This document shows, piece by piece, positions 24,734 to 34,817 of a stretch of 46,296 nucleotides of DNA (positions are counted from its first letter, which is position 1; every line of letters begins with the position of its first letter). The stretch comes from a virus (lineage: Duplodnaviria; Caudoviricetes): the IMG/VR virus record IMGVR_UViG_3300012232_000187, positions 1-46,296 of that record. One strand, given 5' to 3'. Under the pieces are notes generated by a model, which worked only from the letters and a program-made list of their open reading frames with translations, had not been told where the DNA came from and did not search any database. The position numbers were made by a program, and so were the translations under genes.

Positions 24734-26175
24734 TCCTTCCCTACACGGCGCAACCCCGTCAGCAGGTCTTACATCGTGCCAAGGCGGGAAACATCCTCTA
24801 CGGCGGTGCCGCGGGCGGTGGGAAATCTATTGGAGTCCGGTGGGACTTAATAGATTTCTGCCTTAACTGCCCGAACCTGTTTGCTCTGCTGCTGCGGCGA
24901 CAATACCAGCAGTTGAGAAACAATCACATCGTCCAGATGCAACAGCAACTCCCTAAAGAGCTTGCAACCTGGAACGAGTCGAACTCCGAGTTCCGCTTCT
25001 ACAACGGGGCACGGATGATCTGCAGACATCTTGAGCATGAAAAGGATGTTGAGGACATCCAGGGATGGGAAGTTCATATCTGTGGAGTGGATGAGGCTGC
25101 TCAGTTCACTCCCTACCAGTTGAACTACATCCAATCCCGAATGAGATTGGGTGACTACAGAAACTTCCTTGAGAAGGAAGCGGCGAAGAATCCAAAGATT
25201 CTGCCCTTCCTGAAGAGACTCCCCCGTCTGGTGATGGGATCTAACCCTGGTGGTGAGTCTCACAACTACCTCAAGGACAACTATGTAACAGCAGCACCTC
25301 CCGAGGAAGAGTTCACTGACGACGATGGGCGAAGTTATATTTTTATCCCTGCCACCATGCGGGATAACAAGTACATCGACAAGAACTACGAGGCTCAATT
25401 CAGAGACCTCCCAGAGTTCCAGAGGAAGCAACTTGTCGAAGGGGATTGGAACACAGTCGCAGGAGCCTACTTCGACTGCTTCTCCACGCTGGAGCACGTT
25501 ATCCCTCCCCTCCACCTGCCGTCGCACTGGACCCGATTCCGCTCTATGGACTGGGGCTACCGACAGCCGTTCGCGATCTATTGGTACGCCGTGGCGGACG
25601 AAACGCCAGTCCTTGCGAAGGATGGCTCTACGTATAAGTTCGATGAAGGCACTCTCATCCTCTACCGAGAGTGGTACGGAGTCCAGCCAGCCGAGAAACG
25701 CGGATGGACTATGAAGGGCTTGAGGATCGACCCTGAAGAGGTGGCACGAGGTGTTCTGGAACGAGAGATCGGAGAACAAGTGGCGTACGGCGTTGCAGAC
25801 CCTTCGTGTTGGAGGTCCGACGGAAGCCCTTCAGTTGCTCAAAAGATGGCCGAAGAAGGGGTTCACTGGCAGAGGGCGTCAAACGAAAGAGCCCTTGGCT
25901 CGACCATCCTCTACCAACGAATCGCGGCCAACAAGTTCTTCGTTTCTGCTAACTGCGAGCATCTCATCCGAACCCTACCCATAGTGGAGACGGACGAGAA
26001 GAAACCGGAAGAATATTTGAAATGTGGTTACGACCACGGGGTTGACTCTGTGAGATACGGAGCAGCCTCGCGACCGAAGGTGAACATCACCCCGATCAAA
26101 GAGAAGGGGATGAAGATGCCTTCCCTGAATGACCTGATGAAACCCGTATATCGAGACACAAGGAATTGGATCTAG
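24724..26175 (+). CDS. terL: Terminase large subunit
   Basis: Walker A YGGAAGGGKS, Walker B GVDEA, SNPGG, nuclease SMDWGY, ADPS, DHGVDSVRY. Confidence 0.95.
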   Translation: MDIILPYTAQPRQQVLHRAKAGNILYGGAAGGGKSIGVRWDLIDFCLNCPNLFALLLRRQYQQLRNNHIVQMQQQLPKELATWNESNSEFRFYNGARMICRHLEHEKDVEDIQGWEVHICGVDEAAQFTPYQLNYIQSRMRLGDYRNFLEKEAAKNPKILPFLKRLPRLVMGSNPGGESHNYLKDNYVTAAPPEEEFTDDDGRSYIFIPATMRDNKYIDKNYEAQFRDLPEFQRKQLVEGDWNTVAGAYFDCFSTLEHVIPPLHLPSHWTRFRSMDWGYRQPFAIYWYAVADETPVLAKDGSTYKFDEGTLILYREWYGVQPAEKRGWTMKGLRIDPEEVARGVLEREIGEQVAYGVADPSCWRSDGSPSVAQKMAEEGVHWQRASNERALGSTILYQRIAANKFFVSANCEHLIRTLPIVETDEKKPEEYLKCGYDHGVDSVRYGAASRPKVNITPIKEKGMKMPSLNDLMKPVYRDTRNWI

Positions 26176-28058
26176 AAACCAAGGCTGAAACATGGTCTAA
26201 ACGACTAGACGCTGCTGAAAAGCACGAGGAAGCCTACCGGGCACGGGTCAAGAAGGTCATCAAGACCTATCGGGACGATGAACGACGTGCGGGGAAATCA
26301 TCCCCGAAGATGAACCTCCTCTGGTCGAACACCGAAACCCAACGACCGTCTCTCTACTCGGCTACACCCGTACCCGTAGTCACACCGAAAGTAGAGGGGC
26401 AGACCAAGGCTCTTGCAAGGGCGGCGTCAGATGTACTTGAAAAGACGATCTCGTTCTCTGTGGATAACGGTCTGGACGACTTTGATAATTTCGCTAAGTC
26501 CATTGTTACAGACTTCCTTCTTCCGGGACGCTCCGTTGACCGCGTTCTCTACGAACCTGTCGGAGAAGGGGATGGCGATAACTACGAAGTCATCTTTGAG
26601 CAGGTCCGGTATCACCACGTTCCCTGGGAGTGTTTCAGATACGACCCCCAGGATCGCTGGGAAGACGTTTGCTGGGTAGCCTACGGGGACCACTTCTTCA
26701 CCAAGGACGAGCTGAAGAAGGAGTTTGGTCTTACCGAGAAGGACTTGAAGGACATCCCCTTCAAGAAAGACAAGGACAAGAGCGAGGAAACCACTCAGGT
26801 CTGGGAGTGCTGGGACAAAGACGAGGATACAGTCGTCTGGCACTGCAACGGCGCTCCCGAAGTCCTCCGTGAAGGCCCGCCCCCGGTCAAGTTGAGAGGC
26901 TTCTTCGACTGCGCGAGACCGTGTTACGCCGTTTCTGCTAACGATTGCCTGATTCCGATCCCTGAATACACGATGTACCAGTATCAGGCAGAGGAAGTAA
27001 ACGACTTAACGAAGCGAATCGACAAGATCACCAACGCTATCAGGGCGAACTTCGCCTACGCGGGTGATTCAAAGAACACCTTAGGCCCCTTGCTGACCGC
27101 TGATGACTCCACAGGCATCCCGGTAGCCGACTGGACCGGGTTTCTGGAGAGGACAGGGATCGATGGACTCATCGCATGGGTGCCTGTTGAGCCCTACGCG
27201 AAGGTTCTGTCGATACTTTCGCAGCAGAGACAGGTTCTGATCCAGCAGATTTTTGAAATCACTGGCATCGCCGACATCATGAGGGGCGCATCAGACCCCC
27301 GCGAGACCGCCAAGGCCCAGGGAATCAAGGCGCAGTTCGGTTCTCGCAGATTTCTACCAAAACAGCAGGAAATCCAGCGCTATTTCCGTGATTTGTTCCG
27401 GATTGCTGGCGAAATCGTCGTGGAGAACTTCTCCAGAGAGACGATTGAAGACATTGTCGACGCCCAGGTCCCGGATGAGGTCTTACAACTCCTCCGTGAC
27501 GACTCCATGAGGGCTTTCACGGTCGATATGGAGACCGATTCGACCATCCAGCCCGAAGCGGGCGACCAGAAGGCCGAAATGGCCGAGTTTGTCAGTGCCC
27601 TGTCGCAGTTTTCACAATCTGTGGGCATGTTGACCCAGATGTACGGCACTTCCGGGCAGGAAGTCGGCAAGGGGATGCTGACCTGGTTCACGCAAGTCTT
27701 CAAAGGACCCCGGAGCGTCGAGGACGCGATCGAACTCCTTGGTACAACCCCTCCGCCGCCGCAGCCTGATCCAAATATGGTCAAGGCGCAGACGGACATG
27801 CAGGTTGCCCAAGCAGAATTGCAACTGAAGCAGCAGGAAATGCAGGCAAAACTGCAGATGATGGAGAAGGAGTTCCAGCTGAAGGTTCAGGAGATGCAGG
27901 TCGAGCTTGAGATGAAGCGCATGGAGTCTCAAGCGAACATCCAGAACAAGCAGATGGAATCCCAAGCAGGGATAGCAAACAAGGCAATGGAATCACAGGC
28001 ACGGGCAGCACAAATCGAGAGGGACGCAAACCGTCCTGGGAGTACGAATGGCACTTAG
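26166..28058 (+). CDS. Portal protein
   Basis: 630 aa after terL; IPIPEY, EITGIADIMRG..ETAKAQ; Q/M-rich C-terminal barrel helix. Confidence 0.9.
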   Translation: MDLETKAETWSKRLDAAEKHEEAYRARVKKVIKTYRDDERRAGKSSPKMNLLWSNTETQRPSLYSATPVPVVTPKVEGQTKALARAASDVLEKTISFSVDNGLDDFDNFAKSIVTDFLLPGRSVDRVLYEPVGEGDGDNYEVIFEQVRYHHVPWECFRYDPQDRWEDVCWVAYGDHFFTKDELKKEFGLTEKDLKDIPFKKDKDKSEETTQVWECWDKDEDTVVWHCNGAPEVLREGPPPVKLRGFFDCARPCYAVSANDCLIPIPEYTMYQYQAEEVNDLTKRIDKITNAIRANFAYAGDSKNTLGPLLTADDSTGIPVADWTGFLERTGIDGLIAWVPVEPYAKVLSILSQQRQVLIQQIFEITGIADIMRGASDPRETAKAQGIKAQFGSRRFLPKQQEIQRYFRDLFRIAGEIVVENFSRETIEDIVDAQVPDEVLQLLRDDSMRAFTVDMETDSTIQPEAGDQKAEMAEFVSALSQFSQSVGMLTQMYGTSGQEVGKGMLTWFTQVFKGPRSVEDAIELLGTTPPPPQPDPNMVKAQTDMQVAQAELQLKQQEMQAKLQMMEKEFQLKVQEMQVELEMKRMESQANIQNKQMESQAGIANKAMESQARAAQIERDANRPGSTNGT

Positions 28059-28383
28059 ACAAGTTTACGCCGCAGGCTCGGCTTCAACGAGCGCGGCCAC
28101 GAGTTTCCCGATCTACCTTGGGAGGTCGGTTGCATCCAACGGGGTGAACATCGTCACCCTCGCGGTAGCGGGCCAGATGGCCGGCGCACAGGTCAAATTA
28201 CAGCTCGCCCCCTCAACGGCAGGTCCGTGGTTTGACATCGCCTCAACGACGGTCTCCACCTCCGCCGTAATCAACATCGAGATCGCTGACGGCTTCTACA
28301 TCCGCCCTCATCTTTATTCCGTGTCCGCTGGGGTGACCTCAGTCGATGCGTGGATCGGGATTGGTTCGTACAGCCGCCGATGA
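28048..28383 (+). CDS. Small beta-sandwich virion protein (head-spike-base-like)
   Basis: GQMAGAQVKLQ..STAGPWFDI..YIRP pattern; Ser/Thr/Ala-rich; between portal and scaffold. Confidence 0.55.
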   Translation: MALRQVYAAGSASTSAATSFPIYLGRSVASNGVNIVTLAVAGQMAGAQVKLQLAPSTAGPWFDIASTTVSTSAVINIEIADGFYIRPHLYSVSAGVTSVDAWIGIGSYSRR

Positions 28384-28727
28384 AGTACGTATCGGGCCCA
28401 GGGGGCAAGTGGGTAGAGGCTAACGACCGGCGAGCGCGTGAGCGCGTCTCCCCGATGGTCTGGGACGACCTCAAGGACTACCGACCTATCGCAGGACCGG
28501 AAGCGGAGAAGTTCATCCGCAAGTCCAAGGAAGCCAGGGAGATCTCTGGCAGAAAGCAACACCGGGAATACCTGAAGCGCAACGGCCTTCAGGAAGTCGG
28601 CAATGAGTTGAAGCACTGCATGGGGAAGACCCCCGACAACCCCACGAAAGACTGGTTGCAACACGGCGCGGGCGGGCAGTGGGCTCGTCCGAACCTTGAA
28701 AGGCTGATGCGTGGAAAACGAAGATAA
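28380..28727 (+). CDS. Conserved head-module hypothetical protein
   Basis: ISGRKQHREYLKRNGLQEVGNE; ATGA coupling. Confidence 0.65.
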   Translation: MKYVSGPGGKWVEANDRRARERVSPMVWDDLKDYRPIAGPEAEKFIRKSKEAREISGRKQHREYLKRNGLQEVGNELKHCMGKTPDNPTKDWLQHGAGGQWARPNLERLMRGKRR

Positions 28728-29724
28728 GGTCCCCTCGCTCCGGGATTCACTCGCGAGCGGATGGGATACCCAATCTGGTGTTGAACCAGAAGAACCCGTT
28801 CTTACAGAAGAGGTAACTCCTGATGACGGTCAGGAAGCTTCGGCTGTAGAGCAAACCGAAGTGGTGGCGGAACCCACCACCGAGGAGATCGAGCCTGAAA
28901 AGGTAACCGAGGCCCCCTCGACGTGGTCGAAAGATGACCGCGATGCTTTCAATGCTCTTGATGACAAGGGGAAGGAAACCCTTCTCGCTATTCACAAGAA
29001 CATGGAAAGCGGCCTGAACAGGAAGATGGAGGAACTGGCAGAGCAGCGCAAGCGTTACTCGGGCTTCGACACTCTTACTGAGACCGCACAGAGTTTCTTT
29101 CCGAACGCGACGAAGGAACAAGTCACCTCGGCATTGGCGCAAGCCGTGCCTAACTGGCTTAGAACCTACGTCTCACTTCAGAACGACCCTGTGTCGGAGC
29201 TTCGTAAGATTGCCGACGCCTATAACGTCAGCGATAAGCTCAGTGAGGCCCTTCTAGGTCAGGACAACGATGAAAGCGCCCGGAGAACCCGGCTACGCGA
29301 AATGGAACTTGAGCAGGAAAACTTAAGGCTACGACAGGCGCAGGAACAAATTGCCCGCCAGAAAGCCGAGAGTGCGATTGCTGAGTTCAGGGACGCGAAC
29401 GGACCAGACGGCAAAGCGCTGCGACCGTATTTCAAAGAACTGGAACCTGTAATGGCGAGACTTATCGCTGCCGAACCTTCTATGACTCTTGAAAAGGCTT
29501 ATCAGACTGCCATGCGGACTGAGAAGTTTGAAGAGTTGCAGGAACAGGAACGGAACAAGGTGAAGGCGGAATTGGAAGCGGCGAGACGGAAGAAGGCCAA
29601 CACCCGCACGGTGACTAAACCCACCATCGGGCGCTCCAACGGCGCTTCCGTCCCAGTGGCGAAACCGAAGTCCTTGCGAGAGACGCTAGCCGAGAACTGG
29701 GATGACCAAGCAAATCGACAGTGA
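28711..29724 (+). CDS. Capsid scaffolding protein
   Basis: Acidic N-terminus, APSTW, coiled coil, SLRDSL/SLRETL terminal motifs; directly before capsid gene. Confidence 0.85.
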   Translation: MENEDKVPSLRDSLASGWDTQSGVEPEEPVLTEEVTPDDGQEASAVEQTEVVAEPTTEEIEPEKVTEAPSTWSKDDRDAFNALDDKGKETLLAIHKNMESGLNRKMEELAEQRKRYSGFDTLTETAQSFFPNATKEQVTSALAQAVPNWLRTYVSLQNDPVSELRKIADAYNVSDKLSEALLGQDNDESARRTRLREMELEQENLRLRQAQEQIARQKAESAIAEFRDANGPDGKALRPYFKELEPVMARLIAAEPSMTLEKAYQTAMRTEKFEELQEQERNKVKAELEAARRKKANTRTVTKPTIGRSNGASVPVAKPKSLRETLAENWDDQANRQ

Positions 29725-29735
29725 GGTAACGATAA

Positions 29736-30713
29736 GTGGCTGATGTAAACATCGGTGAACTGGTCGCCACCACCCTGCGAAATCGTAGTCCGATTACTGC
29801 AGACAACGTGAGCCGCAACAACGCGGTTCTCTCGCGCCTGCAGTCCAAGGGCAACATTCGCACGGCGGACGGTGGCCGGGTTATCACCCAACCGTTGATC
29901 TATTCAGAGATCAACAACTTCCAGTGGTACTCGGGTGCCGAAGTCCTGAACACGTCTCCGAATGACGTGGTGGACGCGGCTGAGTTCGCGTGGAAGCAGG
30001 CGGCAGTCAATGTCACCTGGAACGGCCTTGAGATCCGCGTGCAGAACGCTGGCAAAGAGCAGCAGATTGACCTGCTTGAAGCCCGCATGAAGGCTGCGGA
30101 AATCACCATGGCTAACCAGATGGCGATTGCCATGTACGGCGCTGGCGCTGGCAAGACCTTGACGGGTCTGCAGGCGGCGATTGCCGATGATCCGACTGCT
30201 GCCGGTGTCTACGGTGGTATCAACCAGGTGACCTATTCGTGGTGGAGGAATAAGACCTCGACCGACATAGCGAACCTTGCTGCGTCCGCGGCTCTGCTTG
30301 AGTCTGAGATGCAGGACATGTGGTTGGAATGTACGGTGGGCAACCAGAAACCGGACCTGATAGTTGCAGATCAGGGTCTATACCGGAGCTTCTGGTCGCG
30401 TCTGTCGGACATCCAGCGTGTCACCTCCTCGGATACGGCGGTGTTCGGGTACTCGTCCCTCAAGTTTGTCACGGCTGACGTCGTTTATGACGGCGACACC
30501 ATGACGGCTGGTGGGCTTACGTCTTCGGCCTCGGCGGGCCACATGTATTTCATCAATACAGACTCGCTGTTCTTCCGGCCGCACACGAGTACGAACTTCA
30601 CTGCGCTGGACGAGCGGTCGTCACTTAACCAGGACGCTTCTGTTATCCCGATGGTCTTTGCAGGCAACCTTTGCTGCAACAACCGTCGTCTTAACGGCGT
30701 CCTGTTCACGTAA
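29736..30713 (+). CDS. Major capsid protein
   Basis: TTLRNRS..ADNV..NNAVL.RL..KG, AEFAWKQ, YGGIN...WWRN, PDLIV, MYFINT; follows scaffold. Confidence 0.92.
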   Translation: MADVNIGELVATTLRNRSPITADNVSRNNAVLSRLQSKGNIRTADGGRVITQPLIYSEINNFQWYSGAEVLNTSPNDVVDAAEFAWKQAAVNVTWNGLEIRVQNAGKEQQIDLLEARMKAAEITMANQMAIAMYGAGAGKTLTGLQAAIADDPTAAGVYGGINQVTYSWWRNKTSTDIANLAASAALLESEMQDMWLECTVGNQKPDLIVADQGLYRSFWSRLSDIQRVTSSDTAVFGYSSLKFVTADVVYDGDTMTAGGLTSSASAGHMYFINTDSLFFRPHTSTNFTALDERSSLNQDASVIPMVFAGNLCCNNRRLNGVLFT

Positions 30714-30722
30714 GGGGGACTT

Positions 30723-31025
30723 ATGGCTACTTCAGCAGGTTCCTACTACGCGACCGAACCCACCCTCATCGACTTCACCAAGATCGACCCCGCTCCTGGG
30801 GTCTTTCCGGTGAAGATGCGGGTGAAACTCAACAACGGCAAGATCGCGGTCTACGCAATTGCCGGTGGGGCTATCGGCCCCGGCGTCTCTGGTTCAGCGG
30901 GCGCACTCGACGTGAGCGGTACGACTTCGGCTTCGGCAGGTCCTTACCTGTCGATGGCTGCGGTCACTACCTCTGCGGGCGAGTACTTCTGGGTCAGAAG
31001 CTCGGCGGATGAGGTATATCCGTAA
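30723..31025 (+). CDS. Capsid decoration/cement protein, paralogue 1
   Basis: 100 aa after MCP; MRVKLNNGKIAVYAIAGGA, SAGEYFWVR. Confidence 0.75.
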   Translation: MATSAGSYYATEPTLIDFTKIDPAPGVFPVKMRVKLNNGKIAVYAIAGGAIGPGVSGSAGALDVSGTTSASAGPYLSMAAVTTSAGEYFWVRSSADEVYP

Positions 31026-31032
31026 CTTGATT

Positions 31033-31058
31033 GGGGCCCGAAAGGGCCCCTTTCTTTT
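31033..31058 (+). terminator. Rho-independent terminator
   Basis: GGGGCCC-GAAA-GGGCCCC-TTTCTTTT. Confidence 0.92.
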
Positions 31059-31068
31059 GAGGTAAATC

Positions 31069-31380
31069 ATGGCTACAAGCGCGACCGTCTACTACTGCCT
31101 GGAAGCGACAATCGTTGACCTGACAAAGGTCGCGCCTGCTCCTGGTATTCACCCCTTAGAAATGAGGGTCAAGTTAAACAACGGGAAGATAGCGATCTAC
31201 GCCATTGCTGGCGGCGCGCTACCTCCCTCGACAAGCACCCTGGCTCTGGGTACTTCGGGCACGGCCTCTGCCGGCGCTTCCGCAGGTACTGCAGGCCCCT
31301 GGGTCTCGATGAACGGAGTCAGCGCATCGGCAGGTGAGTACATCTGGATGCGTAGCTCTGCGGATGAAGCCTACCCGTAA
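31069..31380 (+). CDS. Capsid decoration/cement protein, paralogue 2
   Basis: Colinear with paralogue 1 (MATSA, MRVKLNNGKIA, SAGEY.W.RSSADE.YP). Confidence 0.75.
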   Translation: MATSATVYYCLEATIVDLTKVAPAPGIHPLEMRVKLNNGKIAIYAIAGGALPPSTSTLALGTSGTASAGASAGTAGPWVSMNGVSASAGEYIWMRSSADEAYP

Positions 31381-31392
31381 GAAAGGGTTTTT

Positions 31393-32325
31393 GTGATTCG
31401 CGATTCGGAAGGTAACGAAGTAGCGGTAAACAAGGTTCAGAAGTTCGGGGCCAAGTGCGTAAAGGGTCCTTCAGAACTGATCCGACACATGAGGTACGCC
31501 TTTTCCAAAGGCTATCTCACCTTACAGAAGATCCCTGCGCACGACGGGGAAGCGATTCTCTGCGGTGCGGGACCATCCCTCGCAGACAATCTCGACACGA
31601 TAAGGGAGTTACAGAGTAAGGGTCACCTGGTCTGCGCTATCAAGAGCGCCCATGACTTCCTGATGGAGAACGGTATCCGTCCACATATGGCGGTAGCTGT
31701 AGATCCTCAGGAGAAGATCGCTGACCTTTACAAGAAGCCGGGGTATGGAATCAGGTACTTCATGGCGACTCAGTGTCATCCAGCAGTCTTTGACGCGCTG
31801 AAAGGCTACAAGGTCGTCACCTGGAACATCTATACCAAGTCGGTGAAAGAGTACTGGGAAAAGCACTTCAAGAAGAAGGGACAAAACCGCACATTATTTT
31901 TTGTAAACGGCGGGTCTACGTCCGGCTTGAGGTGCATTTCTCTGGCGTGGATCATGGGCTATCGAAGGCTTCACCTATTCGGGTATGACTCGTGCCTGAA
32001 GACGCCCGAAGGCGAGGACATCACGGTAGAGCAGATGGAGGGTGCCGATCTGAAGATTGGCGGCGTGAAGAACAAGAAAGAAGTTATGGCGATTGATGCA
32101 GACGAGAGACGGTTCTACTGCGACCCCGCGATGGCTTTGCAGGCCAATGAGTTCCTGCCGCAGGTAGAACACATGCCTGACATCAGGATCAAGGCCTACG
32201 GGAAGGGGTTGATCCCGTGGATAGTCGAGCGGGCAGCACTGCGGAACATGGATCAGTGCCGGATGATAGATGAGGACTGGGATGTTGACTCGCCACGTCG
32301 CGGGTCTCTTGACCTAATCAAATGA
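31393..32325 (+). CDS. Maf/DUF115 (MptE-like) family putative glycosyltransferase
   Basis: AILCGAGPSL, VAVDP, ATQCHP, GGSTSGLRCISLAWIMGYRRLHLFGYDS. Confidence 0.8.
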   Translation: MIRDSEGNEVAVNKVQKFGAKCVKGPSELIRHMRYAFSKGYLTLQKIPAHDGEAILCGAGPSLADNLDTIRELQSKGHLVCAIKSAHDFLMENGIRPHMAVAVDPQEKIADLYKKPGYGIRYFMATQCHPAVFDALKGYKVVTWNIYTKSVKEYWEKHFKKKGQNRTLFFVNGGSTSGLRCISLAWIMGYRRLHLFGYDSCLKTPEGEDITVEQMEGADLKIGGVKNKKEVMAIDADERRFYCDPAMALQANEFLPQVEHMPDIRIKAYGKGLIPWIVERAALRNMDQCRMIDEDWDVDSPRRGSLDLIK

Positions 32326-33002
32326 TCGTAGTCACCACCTTCCCGGATAACGCCTGGGAAGTGTACGCGAAGAGGTTCCTTGAGACTTACACAGAGTTCT
32401 GGCAGTACCCACTCCATGCCTTTGTGGATAAGGTGCCTGACTTCAGTCATCCGCTTGTTACTTTCCATACTGATTTTAGCGCGCATCCTGACGTGGCTTG
32501 GTTCCGAAAGACTGCGCCAAGGGATGAACTGGACTACCGGAAAGACGCCCAGCGATGGGTCTTCAAGGTCATCGCCCAGTGCGAGGGAATCAAGTTTGAC
32601 AAGCAGATGATCTGGCTGGACGCAGACGTAGTTACGTTTGCCAAACCCGACCACGAGTGGCTGGAGCGAACCTGCAGAGAACACCCCATCACCTATCTCG
32701 GTAGGAAGGGTGGACATTCCGAGACAGGCTTCATCATGTACAACGCCTCTTACCCTGCAGTTGTGGATTTCTTTACCAACTTCAGGGAGGAGTACACGAA
32801 GAAGAAACTCTACGGCTACAACCACTGGACTGACTGTCACGTCTTCGACAGGTTACGCCAGGGGATTGAGTGCCTGAACCTCTCGCCCTACGGGAGGAGT
32901 GTGAACCACGTCTGGCCGTCTACCAAGCTAGGCGACTGGATGGATCATCTGAAGGGGAACCGCAAGTTCATTGGGGAGTCCCCTGAAAGAATAGCGATGT
33001 GA
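32322..33002 (+). CDS. GT-A fold glycosyltransferase
   Basis: DAQRWVFKV, IWLDAD (DxD), SETGF, WTDCHVFD, HLKGNRK. Confidence 0.82.
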   Translation: MIVVTTFPDNAWEVYAKRFLETYTEFWQYPLHAFVDKVPDFSHPLVTFHTDFSAHPDVAWFRKTAPRDELDYRKDAQRWVFKVIAQCEGIKFDKQMIWLDADVVTFAKPDHEWLERTCREHPITYLGRKGGHSETGFIMYNASYPAVVDFFTNFREEYTKKKLYGYNHWTDCHVFDRLRQGIECLNLSPYGRSVNHVWPSTKLGDWMDHLKGNRKFIGESPERIAM

Positions 33003-33592
33003 GCAAGCACTGCCAGTTCAACGAAGAACAACACATCCTGGAGTTCTTTGAGAAGTACGGGTGGGGCAACAGGATTCTCTGCGACATCGGGGCGAGGCTG
33101 GAGTATTCCAACACTGCCAGACTGATTGAGGAGTACCAGTTCAACGGGGTTCTCGTTGACATGAACGACAAGCACTGTCGGGTCCTCAAGCATCACCTCC
33201 CCAGAGCGAACGTCATCACGGCCAAGGTGGGTGTTGACAACATCAATGCCATCGTTCCTTCCCCGTGTGACTTACTTTCGATAGACATCGACAGCAACGA
33301 TGCGTGGATATTCCTGAACCTGCTGTCAAGGCCGCGGTTGGTCATCATTGAAGCCCTGGACTTCGATGAGCTGTTCATGGCTCCTTACTCCCTGAGTGAG
33401 ACCAAGGGAAGCTGGGGCACCTCAGAGAAGGCGATTACCGAGTTCGCGAGGATGAAGGGCTACCGCGTAGCCGGGAAGACGGGAGTCAACCTCTTCCTGG
33501 TGGACGAGTCCTGCGACTTCTCCTTTGAGAGCGACTGCGTCAGACCGGCCCTGATACCTGACAGAAGCCTCAACGTCCTGAGGTCCAAGTGA
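32999..33592 (+). CDS. SAM-dependent methyltransferase (FkbM-like)
   Basis: QFNEE, CDIGA..SNT, DLLSIDIDSND, PRLVIIE, KGY..TGVNLFLV. Confidence 0.8.
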   Translation: MSKHCQFNEEQHILEFFEKYGWGNRILCDIGARLEYSNTARLIEEYQFNGVLVDMNDKHCRVLKHHLPRANVITAKVGVDNINAIVPSPCDLLSIDIDSNDAWIFLNLLSRPRLVIIEALDFDELFMAPYSLSETKGSWGTSEKAITEFARMKGYRVAGKTGVNLFLVDESCDFSFESDCVRPALIPDRSLNVLRSK

Positions 33593-34179
33593 GTACGACA
33601 GATCGGTACCTGCCGCTGTTCGCTCTGTGCGAGAAGTTAGACCCCCAGTCGATTCTTGAGATAGGCACGAACATGGGGTTTTCAGCGGTCAACATGATCC
33701 TGAACTCCAACGCCACGCGGTATGTTGGGTTTGACCTCTTTGAAGACGCGACAGATGAGACCGATGACAAGGAGATGAACGCCAAGCCTCGTCCGGTCAT
33801 GGACGATGTCGAGGCACTGTTGAAGTCGTACACCAAGGCTAGCGTCCTGTTGGTGAAGGGCGACACGAACCTGACTCTCCCCCAGTTCCTGAAGACCGGA
33901 GAGAAGTTCGACTTCGCCTTCATTGACGGTGGTCATTCGGTCGAGACGATACGGAACGACTGGCACTACGTCAGGAAGATGATGAAGCCCGATGGGAGCG
34001 TGGTGTTCGATGACTACTACCACAACCGCGAAGGGGTGGGGTGCAAGGAGGTTATCCGGGACCTCCCGTTTACGCTGTCCCCGGTGGGATTCAAAGTCAA
34101 GAAGACCGGGATGATTATTTCGATGGCTGTGGTCCAGATGAAGGACCTGAAAGAGATTGAGTGCTTAGGGTATTTATAG
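33589..34179 (+). CDS. Class I SAM methyltransferase (Methyltransf_24-like)
   Basis: ILEIGTNMGFSA, GFDLF, DFAFIDGGHS..DW, VVFDDY. Confidence 0.88.
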   Translation: MSTTDRYLPLFALCEKLDPQSILEIGTNMGFSAVNMILNSNATRYVGFDLFEDATDETDDKEMNAKPRPVMDDVEALLKSYTKASVLLVKGDTNLTLPQFLKTGEKFDFAFIDGGHSVETIRNDWHYVRKMMKPDGSVVFDDYYHNREGVGCKEVIRDLPFTLSPVGFKVKKTGMIISMAVVQMKDLKEIECLGYL

Positions 34180-34817
34180 GTTGGGATGAGAATGAGATTG
34201 AGGCGTACCACGTCCTGTCTCACTCCATCATCAGGCATGCGTCCGCTCCGGTATCAATAACCCCGCTGAAGCTCTCCCAAGAGCCCATGTGGCGGGACAG
34301 AGACCCGAAGCAGTCTACGGAGTTCTCGTTCTCCAGGTTCCTCGTTCCCTCTCTATGCAACTACGAGGGCCACGCCTTATTCATGGACTGCGACATGATG
34401 GTCACGAGAGACATCGTGGAGTTGTTCCAGTGCGCCAACGAGCGGTACGCGCTCCAGTGCGTTAGACACCAGTACATCCCGAGGACTTTAACCAAGTTCT
34501 TAGGGCAACAGCAGTCGGTGTACGAACGCAAGAACTGGTCGGCGGTGATGTTGTTCAACAACACCCGCTGTCGTCAGTTGACACCGCAGTACGTCAATAC
34601 CGCTTCGGGAAGGGACCTGCACCAGTTCAAGTGGTTGCACGATTCTGAGATCGGATTCATACCGGGAACGTGGAACTTCCTTGTCGGAGAGTACGACAAG
34701 CCCCCATCGGTCCCGGCGAATATCCACTGGACCATCGGTGGTCCGTGGTTCCCTGACTACAAAGACACAGACTATGCGGACCTCTGGTTCGCAGAAAGGA
34801 AGATGATTCATGGCTGA
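34161..34817 (+). CDS. GT-A (GT8-like) glycosyltransferase
   Basis: VFIGWD, STEFSFSRFLVP, ALFMDCDM (DxD), RKNWSAVMLFN, WNFLVG, HWTIGGPW. Confidence 0.88.
   Translation: MLRVFIGWDENEIEAYHVLSHSIIRHASAPVSITPLKLSQEPMWRDRDPKQSTEFSFSRFLVPSLCNYEGHALFMDCDMMVTRDIVELFQCANERYALQCVRHQYIPRTLTKFLGQQQSVYERKNWSAVMLFNNTRCRQLTPQYVNTASGRDLHQFKWLHDSEIGFIPGTWNFLVGEYDKPPSVPANIHWTIGGPWFPDYKDTDYADLWFAERKMIHG

Noticed and set aside
31381-31394. Slippery-looking GGGTTTT after decoration gene 2
   Set aside because: Lies after the stop codon, within the RBS spacer of the next gene
26459-32431. Perfect DnaA boxes at 26459-26467 and 32423-32431
   Set aside because: Isolated, inside genes, explained by Val-Asp-Asn/Lys codons
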